From: Cetorhinus maximus
Lineage: Eukaryota
Direction of reading: 5' to 3'
DNA length: 64,000 bases
Assembly (NCBI RefSeq): GCF_964194155.1
Contig: NC_135901.1
Location: forward strand, 19,282,001-19,346,000
Positions 1 through 9,629 of the stretch are shown here, piece by piece (the first letter of the stretch is position 1; each line of letters starts with the position of its first letter). The notes beneath the pieces are model-generated. The model did no database searches, was not told the DNA's origin, and worked only from the letters and a program-made list of their open reading frames with translations. The position numbers were made by a program, and so were the translations under genes.

Positions 1-760
1 GATCTAATGCAATCTTTAACTTTTGTTAGCCACGGTTGATTCACATTTCCTGTTGGGTTTTTGTGTCTTAGAGGAATGTATATTTTTTTGTTATCCATGT
101 CATACTTCTTCAAATACTAGCCATTGCCTGTCTATCATCAAATATTTTAATGTATTTCTCCAATCCACCATTGCCAAATTGCCCCTCATACCTTCATAAT
201 TTCCTTTGTTCAGATTTAGGACTCTAGTTGCAGAATGAGTGGTATCACTTTCAAACTTAATGTAAAACTCTAACATCTTATTGCCATTATTTCCTAATGG
301 CTGCTTTACAGCAAGGTTATTGATTAACCCTTTCTCATTACATAATATTAAATCTAAATTAGCACAATCCCTATTTAATTCCTCAATGTACTGCTCCACA
401 AACTCATCTTGTACACACTCCAGGAAGACATCCTCTGCAGCATCAATGCTAATTAGCTTTACCCAGTCCATACATAAATTGAAGTTGCCCATTATTACTG
501 TTTTACCATGCAACATGCAGCTTTAATATCCTGATTAATACCGTGCCCAGCATTATCATGACAGTTTGGTGGCCTGTGAACACCTCCCACCAATGTCTGC
601 TGCCCTTTGCTGTTTCTTAGCTGCACCCAAACTGATTCCTTCCTGCTCCTTCTATCTAAGATCCTCTCTCACTAATGTACTGACCTTTCCCCTTCTTAAC
701 AATGCTACCCAGCTCCTTTACCCCTCTGCCTATCCTTCCAAAATGATGAATAATCCTGAA
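1..760 (-). mobile_element. CR1-type LINE ORF2 fragment (endonuclease C-terminus/linker), degraded
   Basis: ORF 100..516 has VIMGNFN and LDLILCNE, degenerate APE motifs typical of CR1 ORF2. Confidence 0.7.
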
Positions 761-789
761 TATTCAGTTCCCAGTCCAGGTCACCCTGT

Positions 790-1262
790 AACATAGTGTT
801 CTGGGAAAGTTGGGCATGGATTTGGGAGATGATAAGGACTTTGGAGAGTCCTTTGGAGAGGAAAAGCTGGCTAGAGATGGGGTGGTAGTTTGCAAGGACA
901 GAGGAGTTAATGGTAGTTTGTTTGAGGAGGGGGTGATGATGGCAGATTTGAAGGGCAGAGGGACAGGACCTGAAGGGAGAGAACCGTTAGCAATGTTCAC
1001 AATGGGAAAATTGGGTGATCGGCAGTTTAGTGGGAATATGGTCGATGGACCAGGAGGTGGGTCTCATGGACAAGATGAGCCCTAAGAGGGCATGAGGGGA
1101 GATAGGAAAGAAACTAAACAAACTTTAGAGACAATTTGGCCCTGAAGGGAGAGAAGCAGCAGGGGCAGCTGATTGGATCTTAGTGCAAAGAAGCTCCATG
1201 AACTCCTCTCACTTATTGGAGATGAGGATGGAGGAGACAGGGGAGAAGGAGAGCACTTCAAA
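790..1262 (-). mobile_element. L2-type LINE fragment directly downstream of ZNF A1
   Basis: Minus-strand translation VPLPFKSAIITP resembles L2 RT. The same fragment and junction follow ZNF A5 (about 41705) and A6 (45540-45830). Confidence 0.65.
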
Positions 1263-1289
1263 AGGAACTAACTCATGTTAGAGATATTG

Positions 1290-1460
1290 AGAAGATTCAA
1301 CACACTGTATTTAAAACAAAGTTGATTTATTTGACGTTTATCCACAATATTAACATCTATAATTGGGCTGGAGTTTATTAACATCAACAGAAACAGATCA
1401 CAATGGAGATGGTTCAGTCTTGCTGTGATTAACAGCAAAGTCCAATCAGCGTAGTTATTT
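1290..1460 (-). other. Conserved ZNF-family 3' UTR module with AATAAA (1326-1331, minus)
   Basis: Homologous to 8860-9030, 41520-41680 and 46270-46430. AATAAA is followed by TCAGC/TCAAC/TCTGC in these copies. Confidence 0.65.
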
Positions 1461-1871
1461 GTGAACTCACTAGTATCTCAGCAGGTGGGATAAATATGCA
1501 TTTCCCTTTCCATGTTCAGAGCAGGTGAACGTCTCCCCAGTGTGAATTCGCTGGTGTACAGTGAATTGATCGCCTGAACCCAGTCCCGCAGTGAGAGCAC
1601 CTGAATGGTCTCTCGTCAGCGTGAATATGACCAACAGTTCCCAGGAACTTTAATATCATTTCCCACAATCGGGCATTCAAAAGGTCTCTCCCCAGTGTGA
1701 ACCTGCTGGTGTGGCAGCAGATACAATAAATTAATTAATCCCTTCCAACACTTGGAGCAGTGTGAACTGGCGTGTTCGCAGGTAGGATGAATGGATCTCC
1801 ACAGTCTGTGCATTTAAAAGACCTCACCCCAGTGTGAACCCACGTGTGTCACAGCAGGGTGGATGACTGAG
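1461..1871 (-). pseudogene. Frameshifted, decayed C-terminal C2H2 fingers of ZNF A1
   Basis: Recognisable [13 protein letters not shown] remnants broken by indels. Confidence 0.75.
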
Positions 1872-2528
1872 TTAATCCCTTGCCTCATTTAGAGCAGTTG
1901 AATGCTCACTCCCAGTGTGAACTCGCTGGTGTGCCAACAGGTTGGAAAACTGAGTGAATCCCTTCCCACACTCAGTGCAGGTGAACGGCCTCTCCCCAGT
2001 GTGAACTCGCTGGTGTGTCATCAGGTTGGATGACTGAGTGAATCCCTTCCCACACTCAGGGCAAGTGAATGGCTTCTCCCCACTGTGAACTCGCTGGTGT
2101 CTGAGAAGGTGGGATGAGGTAGTGAATCCCTTGCCACACTCGAAGCAGGCGAATGGCCTCCCCCGAGTGTGAACACGCTGATGTACCATAAGTTGAGATG
2201 ATTGCCTGAACCCAGTTCCGCAGTGAGAGCACCTGAATGGTCTCTCATCAGTGTGAACTCGCTGGTGTCTCAGAAGGTGGGATGATTGAGTGAATCCTTC
2301 CTGACACACACAGCAAGTGAAGGGTCTCTCCCCCGTGTGTTTGCGCCGATGAGTTTCCAACTTAGATGGGGTAATGAATATCTTTCCACAGTCTTTACAT
2401 GTCCATGGCTTCTCCCTGTTGTGACTGTGCTTGTGTCTCGACAGGCCAGATGATCGGCTGAAGACTTGTCCACACACAGAACACGTGTATAGTTTCTCTC
2501 CACTGTGAACGGTGCTTTGTCCTTCCAT
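1872..2528 (-). CDS. C2H2 zinc-finger protein A1, 7 intact fingers, truncated by a frameshift
   Basis: Repeated CxxC-x12-HxxxH with TGERP/TGEKP linkers. ATG in AACATGG context at 2528; putative splice acceptor (TTTCACAG) with exon start at 2636. Confidence 0.85.
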   Translation of the reverse strand: MEGQSTVHSGEKLYTCSVCGQVFSRSSGLSRHKHSHNREKPWTCKDCGKIFITPSKLETHRRKHTGERPFTCCVCQEGFTQSSHLLRHQRVHTDERPFRCSHCGTGFRQSSQLMVHQRVHTRGRPFACFECGKGFTTSSHLLRHQRVHSGEKPFTCPECGKGFTQSSNLMTHQRVHTGERPFTCTECGKGFTQFSNLLAHQRVHTGSEHSTALNEARD

Positions 2529-3109
2529 GTTCAAAATCCGATGATACTCAGGTTACGATAAATTGGCAACTCCGTCAGACCCTGTTGTGATGTTTGGTTT
2601 GAGTTTCCCGACTGCGAATCCTCCACTTCTTTTACCCTGTGAAATTGATTAAAACAGAGAAAAGGGAGCGAGAGAGAACCCACAAAAACACAAGGGCAGG
2701 TTGTGAAATTGAGCTGAATGAATCTGGTAATTTATGGGGTCGGCACGAGGGAAAACTGCCGAACTGTCACAAAACCCAACTGGTTCACTAATGTCCTTCT
2801 GGGTAGGGAACCTGCCACACAGCCTGGGTCTACACATGACTCTAGTCTCTATGGGGGGAGAGAAGGAAAGAGAGAGTTGGGGGTGGGGGGGCGGCAGGGA
2901 GGCAGTGGCTGGAGAGAGAGAGAGAGAGATAAGTGGGGGAGGGTTGTGAGAGGCAGGGTATGAAGGAGAAGAATTTTATATATCTACAACTCGATGAGAA
3001 ATTTAACAGAACCTCCTAAATCCTCAACCTCCACCACCAAGAAGGACCTGGGTAACAGGTATATGCGAACATTATCACCTCCAATCTCTCCTCCAACTCA
3101 CACACATTC

Positions 3110-3600
3110 CTGACTTGTCTGACATCCAGTACTAGATGAACAGAAATTTCCTCCAATTAAATATTGGGAAGACTGAAACTAGTGTCGTCAGTCCCCACTA
3201 CTAACTCCATTCTCTAGCCACAGACTTCATCCCTCTCCCTGCCAACTGTCTGAGTCAGAACCAGACAGTTCACAGGTTCAATGTAATATCTGATCCCAAG
3301 TTGAGCTTCCAACCACCTATCTGGATCATCACCAACACCGCCAATTTACACCTCACTAACATCACCCGATTCTGCCCTGGTCTCAGCTCATCTGCTGAAA
3401 CTCTCATCCATTTCTTTGTCACCTCCAGTCTTGACTATCCAAACACACTCCTAGCTGGCCTCCCACATTCAATATCCCCATAATGTTGAGGTCTTGAGGT
3501 CATCCAAAACTCTGCTGCCTGTGTGCTTACTCGTACCAAATGTTGTTCACCCATCACCCCTGTCCAACAAAGGCTCCTGGTTGAGCATCTAATTTTACCA
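3110..3600 (+). mobile_element. L2 LINE 3' ORF fragment
   Basis: SAETLIHFFVTSSLDYPNTLLAGLP matches the L2 C-terminal AETLIHAFVTSRLDYCNSLL motif. Confidence 0.75.
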
Positions 3601-4245
3601 TCAATCAGAGTAAACATGCAAGTCCCGTGTGTCCATAGTCACTTACACGAGGTCAGCCCGCTGGATGGAACCTCGGGCACCCTGAGCTTGATCTCCGGTG
3701 TCTCCAGTCCCAACTGTTCCTAACATCAGAATGCCTCACTTTTATACCCTGTCATGCTCTGGCCCCTGACTCTTTGTCTTCTCTGCTGGGTTTTGGTAGA
3801 AAATGAAGAAATGACAGCTGAAATTTCTCAAGTCTGTGATTTACAGGGACACATTCCCTGATTCCCATCAGTTACTTCATTTCAGTAATTTTCTCATTAA
3901 CACTAAACTACCTTGCCTACTATTAATTCTGTTATTTCTCATAGAATTATGATTATATATATAAACATTACACATTATAATTTAATCTATTTTATTCCTC
4001 ACTCTGGTTTAAGTTTTTAATGTGCTTAACAGACAAACTCTGTCCTTTCCCTGATCTGATTAGAGTTTTCAATGAGTCGATTCTGTGGAATGGAATGTCT
4101 TATCAGTGTTGCCATGGTGACCTGTCTGCAATGAAGAGCCTGTTTGAGTTTCTAACTCAGACTAAACTTCTCTATCCCATAATACATATTGTTTCAGGCA
4201 TTCCGAGTCATTCAGTCCAGCTGGTCCTCTCCTTGTCCCTTTAAA

Positions 4246-4441
4246 GGTGGAGAACTGGGACATCCTGTCTGAAAACACATCCCACGCTGTTCATACTGAG
4301 AATCCCAGGGTGGAGAACTGGGACATCCTGTCTGAAAACACATCCCACCCTGTTCATACTGAGAATCCCAGGGTGGAGAACTGGGACATCCTGTCTGAAA
4401 TCACATCCCACCCTGTCCATACTGAGAATTCCAGGGTGGAT
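4246..4441. repeat. 63-bp tandem repeat, about 3 copies
   Basis: Unit GGTGGAGAACTGGGACATCCTGTCTGAAA... starts at 4246, 4309 and 4372, with a partial copy at 4435. Confidence 0.95.
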
Positions 4442-5639
4442 AATTCTCTCACATTGATCCCTGTGGAAAAATTGATCGAGCTGTGTGCTGAAACAGATAT
4501 TAGGGTTCACTGGTTACTTAAGCACAAAGAGTACCTGGTCGAGTTTGGTCCAATAATTCTACACATTTCACATACCCTAGTGACATTATTAATAAAGGGT
4601 CAAGTTAAGGGAGTATCCCCAGTGTGATAGTGCAGATGGATTATGGAATTATAAAGCAAATACATTACTCTGCTGCAATCTCACAACTACTAATTGGCTG
4701 GGAAGTTGCAATAAGAAGAAGCCCACATATTTGTAAGGTGGGAGAGGCTGTGTCCAGCAGATCCCCTCCCTCTGGGAGGGGCAGGGCCTTCCTGCGCCTG
4801 TGCATTACAACCCTTCTGATGGAGATAGGCCGTATTCACCCACATGGAGCATTCTGGGTAGAATGATTCGCCATTCATATGTTATAGAACGGAGGGGAAA
4901 CTCATGCATCATAATAATAGAAAAATAGAATAGTATAAAACAGTGAACATTATCCACAACGATTCCTCATCGGTGTTGGGCAAACTGAATATAGTAATTG
5001 GAAACAATTATTTTGATCTGAAGTTCAATACATTAATTTGTAAAGTGAATTGTATTTCTTTCACTGTATTTCACAAATTAGATTCACGGCCTCATATTTC
5101 TTTTTCCTCTGAGACCCTGAACTCTTGATAGTGTAATAATGTTGGCCAGTAGTGATTGATTGGCAAGTGGACCAGGTCATTTCCCTCTTTCCAAGCCAAT
5201 GTCTGTTAAAGATATAGAGATTGATACCCCCCTCATTTTGTATCTATATCCGACATTTAGATGGACAATGTTTCACTTTTCTACCCTTTCGGTAGTTAAT
5301 GTAACATTCTTCATCTTTAGTAGGGAGTAAAATTCTGATGCCTTCAGCCTTTCAAATTCTCTTTGTCTTGTTCAAACCCACCAATAGCTCAGGACCTACG
5401 CAATCAGCTTGTACACAAACTAGTTAAAGACGGATTCCCTGACCCAGAAGCATGGATGGAAAAACTGCTGGCTGATGCACAAAAGGTGTCTTGAGCTTCG
5501 GTATAATTTGGTTCCTAATTTTATTGATTTCCATCCCACCGCGCCCCTACTTCCACATCATAGCAAACGAGAATCACTAGTCACTGGTTTAAACTTTCCA
5601 TGTCGGGGAAGTTACGCAGCATTCCCCGGGATGGTGAAT

Positions 5640-6000
5640 GTCCCCTAACCCCACCAAAGGAGATAGGTGCGCATGCGCGATACCGCCCAATGGTTAGAGC
5701 ATGCGCAGAGATGACTTTGGGGCATCTCTTGTCTGTCGTATCTCCAAACCGGTAAGAATGCGGAGGGAGCGATGGAGTCGGCAGGTAGATGGGGAGGGTT
5801 TCTAAACAACTGGTGAAGGCCTAAAAACCCGAAATCGAACCTGCAGTTCCCGCTTTTGCAGCCTCGGGTCTTCCAAGAAACAGACCCAGATTCATGGCCA
5901 CCATCATGTGTCAGCAGGGAGCGAAGCGCATGCGCTGTATTGGTGACGTAATGGGGTGGGCGGGTCTTCAGGCTCCCTGTTCCCAGCTGGGACCTAGTGC
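5640..6000. promoter_or_regulatory. CpG-rich promoter between divergent ZNF A1 (-) and B2 (+)
   Basis: NRF1 palindromes GCGCATGCGC at 5669 and 5926, CCAAT/ATTGG boxes, TGACGTAA (CRE-like) at 5944, GC box, local CpG enrichment. Confidence 0.7.
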
Positions 6001-6439
6001 CCGTCAAATATAGTCTGGCCCAGTTGATGTTTGCAGCTGAAAGGAGTCCAAGGGCCATGTTTATATTCAGTGGGAGAAGTTGCAGCCCTTGTATAGTCCC
6101 TGAAGGGGCTGCTTCTCCATTTTTGGGTAGACTTCAGCCCCACAACCCTAACCTTTGGCTGCCCAGTCTGGAGGATCTTCAACTGGCCCTGCTCTTGGTT
6201 GAAAGAACAATTTGTAGATCCAGAATGGGTGGGGCATCTAGGAGGGGGCGGGGGAGGTTACACTAGCTGTCGGCCTCTCTTTCACAGTCTCATCCGTGCC
6301 CGGTAACCGTGGAGAGGTAGCATGCAGTATCCATTGCTTGATACTTTGTAGAACATCAGCAGACAGAGTGTTTCATAGATACCGGGAATAATATTCTGTT
6401 TATTCAGAAAGGTTCTCTGAACTCTTGTTGGGACTTTGT

Positions 6440-7540
6440 TGCTGATTTTCAGTTCTTTTAGTTTAATTGGCATGGATTGAGAATTGGTTGACAGACCGGA
6501 AACAGTCTTTATCTGGGTGGCTGGTGGTGACTAGTGGTGTACCGCAGGGATCAGTGCTTGGGCCCCAGCTATTCACGATATATATAAATGACTTGGATGA
6601 GGGAACCAAATGCAATATTTTCAAGTTTGCTGACGACTCAAAACTGGGCGGGGCTGTGAGTTGTGAGGAGGATGCAAGGAGGCTTCAGGATGATTTAGAC
6701 AAGTTGTGCGTGTGGGCAAACACTTGGCAGATGCATAACGTGGATAAACGTGAAGTTATATGCTTCGGTGTGATAAACAGAAAGGCAGAGTATTATTTAA
6801 ATGGTGATGTATTGGGAAATGTGGATGTACAAAGGTGTCCTTGTACACCAGTCAATGAAAGTAAATAGACAAGTGCAGCAAGCAATTACAAAGGCAATTG
6901 GTATGTTGGCCTTCATTGCAAAAGGATTTGAGTTCAGAAGTAGGGATGTCTTACTGCAGTTATACAAGGCCTCAGTGAGGCCACACCTGGAGTATTGCAA
7001 GCAGTTTTGGTCTCCCTACTGAAGAAAGGATATACTTGCCATAGAGGGAGTGCAGCAAAGGTTCACTAGGCTGATGCCAGGGATGGCAGGACTGTCGTAT
7101 GAGGAGAGATTGGTTCGACTGGGCCTGTATTCACTAGAGTTTAGAAGAATGAGAGGGGATCTGATCGAAATGTATAAAATTCTAACAGGGCTAGACAGAC
7201 TGGATGCAGGAAGGATGTTTCCCCTGGTTGGGGAATCTAGAACCAGGGGAAACAGTCTCAAGATAGGGAGCAGGCCATTTAAGACTGAGATGTTGAAAAA
7301 TTTCTTCACTCAGAGGGTGGTCAACCTGTGGAATTCTCTATCACAGAAGGCTGTGCAGGCCAGGTCACTGAGTATATTCAAGGAAGAAATTGATCATTTT
7401 TTGGATTTTAGGGGCATCAAGGGGTATGGAGAGAAAGTGGGAACATGGCGTTGAGATGGAGGATCACTGTGACCATATTGAATAGCGGAACAGGCTCGAA
7501 GGACTAAATGGCCTACTCCTGCTCCTAGTTTCTATGACTG
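6440..7540 (+). mobile_element. CR1 LINE RT 3' portion with 3' UTR
   Basis: [32 protein letters not shown] and FFTQRVVNLWNSL; frameshifted. Confidence 0.92.
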
Positions 7541-7653
7541 AACCACATCTTTGGGGAGACAAGACAAGAATGTTCCGTAGGAACTAGAATTGCCTATTCT
7601 GAATTACTGTCCTGGGCTGACAGTGATACTGATACTGTGAACTCCTTTTGTAG

Positions 7654-8010
7654 GGGATTAGGAGGGTATAATTTTCTGAAACTTTAAAACTTTCTGAAGA
7701 TCTGACAAAGTCACTTGATTCATCAGGACCTGAACATCATCGACATTTGCATGTGGAAGAAGAATTTTTTGTACATTCTGTTGTGGGAAGATTTCAAACA
7801 TCAGTGTGACTGGAGAAACACCGAGACAGACAGACACACACCAAAATGAGAGTGTTCCAATGAACTGACTGTGGAAAGAGCTTTAACCAGTTACATAGCC
7901 TGAAAAAACATCACACCATTCACAGTGGGGAGAGACTGTGAACGTGTTGTGTGTGTGGACAAGGCTTCAAATGATTATCCAACCTGGAGTGATACAAGAA
8001 TACCGACACC
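7654..8010 (+). other. B-type leader of the ZNF B2 exon (vestigial fingers, probably 5' UTR)
   Basis: Follows a TTTTGTAG acceptor, homologous to the other leaders, multiple stops. Confidence 0.65.
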
Positions 8011-8904
8011 ATGGAGAAACCATGGAAATGTGGAGCCTGTGGGAAGGGATTCAGATCCCCGTCTGTGTTGGAAATTCATCAACGCAGTCACACTGGGGAG
8101 AAGCCATTTGCCTGCTCAGAGTGTGGGAAGGGATTCATGCGACTAACCCACCTCACTGCACACCAACTTGCTCACAGTGACATGAGACCTTTTAAATGTT
8201 CCAACTGTGAGAAGAGCTTTAAAAGAAAACAAAACCTGCTGACTCACCAGCGAGTCCACACTGGGGAGAGGCCATTCCCCTGCTCAGAGTGTGGGAAGGA
8301 ATTCACTCAGTTATCCAGCCTTCAGTTACACCAGCGAGTTCACACTGGGGAGAAACCATTCACCTGCCCTGAGTGTGGGATGGCATTCACTCAGTTATGC
8401 AAACTGTCGGATCATCAGAGAGTTCACACTGGAGAGAGACCGTTCACCTGCTCTGTGTGTGGGAAGGGATTCGCTCAGTTATCCACCTTGCTGAGACACA
8501 AGCGCATTCACACTGGGGTGAGACCATTCACCTGCTCCGAGTGTGGAAAGGGATTCACTCAGCTCGCCCAACTTACTTCACACCAACGTGTTCACTCTGA
8601 CATGAGACCTTTTAAATGCACAAACTGTGAGAGGAGCTTTAAAGGCAAAATGGATCTGCTGATTCACCAGCGCACTCACACTGGAGAGAGGCCGTTCACC
8701 TGCTCTGTGTGTGGGAAGGGATTCATTCTGCATTCCCTCAGGCTGAAACACCAGCGCATTCACACCAGGGAAAAATCGTTCACCTGCTCCATGTGTGGGA
8801 AGGGATTCTCTCATTCATCGACCCTGCAGACACACCAGCAAGATCACAAGTTGCAGGGGTTGGATTCTGCTCTTATTGCTGCTGTTAATCACATCCAGGA
8901 GTGA
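8011..8904 (+). CDS. C2H2 zinc-finger protein B2, 10 fingers, intact, with C-terminal tail LQGLDSALIAAVNHIQE
   Basis: 297-aa ORF starting at CACCATGG (strong Kozak); AATAAA at 8996. Confidence 0.92.
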   Translation: MEKPWKCGACGKGFRSPSVLEIHQRSHTGEKPFACSECGKGFMRLTHLTAHQLAHSDMRPFKCSNCEKSFKRKQNLLTHQRVHTGERPFPCSECGKEFTQLSSLQLHQRVHTGEKPFTCPECGMAFTQLCKLSDHQRVHTGERPFTCSVCGKGFAQLSTLLRHKRIHTGVRPFTCSECGKGFTQLAQLTSHQRVHSDMRPFKCTNCERSFKGKMDLLIHQRTHTGERPFTCSVCGKGFILHSLRLKHQRIHTREKSFTCSMCGKGFSHSSTLQTHQQDHKLQGLDSALIAAVNHIQE

Positions 8905-9117
8905 ACCATGTTTGTTCTGAAAGTTGGAGTTTGTTTCAGTTGATATTAATAATCTCTGTAACTGAGATGGAGTTTAATATTCCGGATATAGATTAAATAA
9001 ATCAGCTTTGTGTCAAACACACGGTGTTCGAACCCTTGATTTCTCTAAGATAAGAGGAGACTGATTGATGTCCTGTTACTGACTGTTCCATTTTTGGGCC
9101 TTTTCTCCTTTGTTAAT

Positions 9118-9570
9118 AGAGACTTGTATTTATATAGCACCTTTCACAACTTCAGGATGGCCCAAAGTGCTTTACAGCCAATGAAGTTCTTTTGAAGTGT
9201 AGTCACTGCTGTAATGGAGGCAATGCAGTTGCCAAATTGTGCACAGCAAGATCCCACTAATAGAAATGTGATTGTGACCAGATAATCTGTTCAGTGATGT
9301 TTGTTGAGGATAAATATGAAGCAGTACACCAGGGAGAACTCCCCTGCTCATTGGAATAACATCATGGGAACTTTTACACCAACTGAGAGGGTAGATGGGG
9401 CCATAGTTGAAGGTCTCATCTGGAAGACGGGACCTCTGACAGTGCAGTGCTCCCTCAGTACTGCATCAGAATATCAACCTGGATTTTCTGCTCATGTTTC
9501 TGGATGTGGATTTGAACCCACAACTTCCTGACTCAAAAATAAGAATGCAACCACTGAGCCACAACTAACA
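9118..9570 (-). mobile_element. tRNA-derived SINE with L2-like 3' tail
   Basis: On the minus strand the head has A-box TGGCTCAGTGG and B-box GGTTCAAATCC; the tail reads GGTGCTATATAAATACAAG. Confidence 0.7.
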
Positions 9571-9629
9571 CCTCATCATTACTCTAGATTATTTCAGTTC
9601 TCATACCCTCAGTTACTCTCATGGACAAG

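Noticed and set aside
2021-2503. Alternative-frame ORFs over ZF arrays (repeating [15 protein letters not shown]), also at 8.3, 14.5, 21.5, 40.9 and 47 kb
   Set aside because: These are shadow frames of the periodic C2H2 codons, not independent genes.
4246-4441. Tandem repeats here and at 9827-9992 as CRISPR-like arrays
   Set aside because: The units are contiguous with no unique spacers, and the context is vertebrate.
4520-4660. Possible integrase HHCC relic on the minus strand (LHYHTG...VCEMCR)
   Set aside because: Interrupted by a stop, spacing is short and no DDE core is recognisable; too weak to call.
7800-7815. Conserved in-frame TGA as a selenocysteine codon
   Set aside because: It is not at a Cys position, one copy has TAA, the leaders carry frameshifts, and I could not identify a SECIS.
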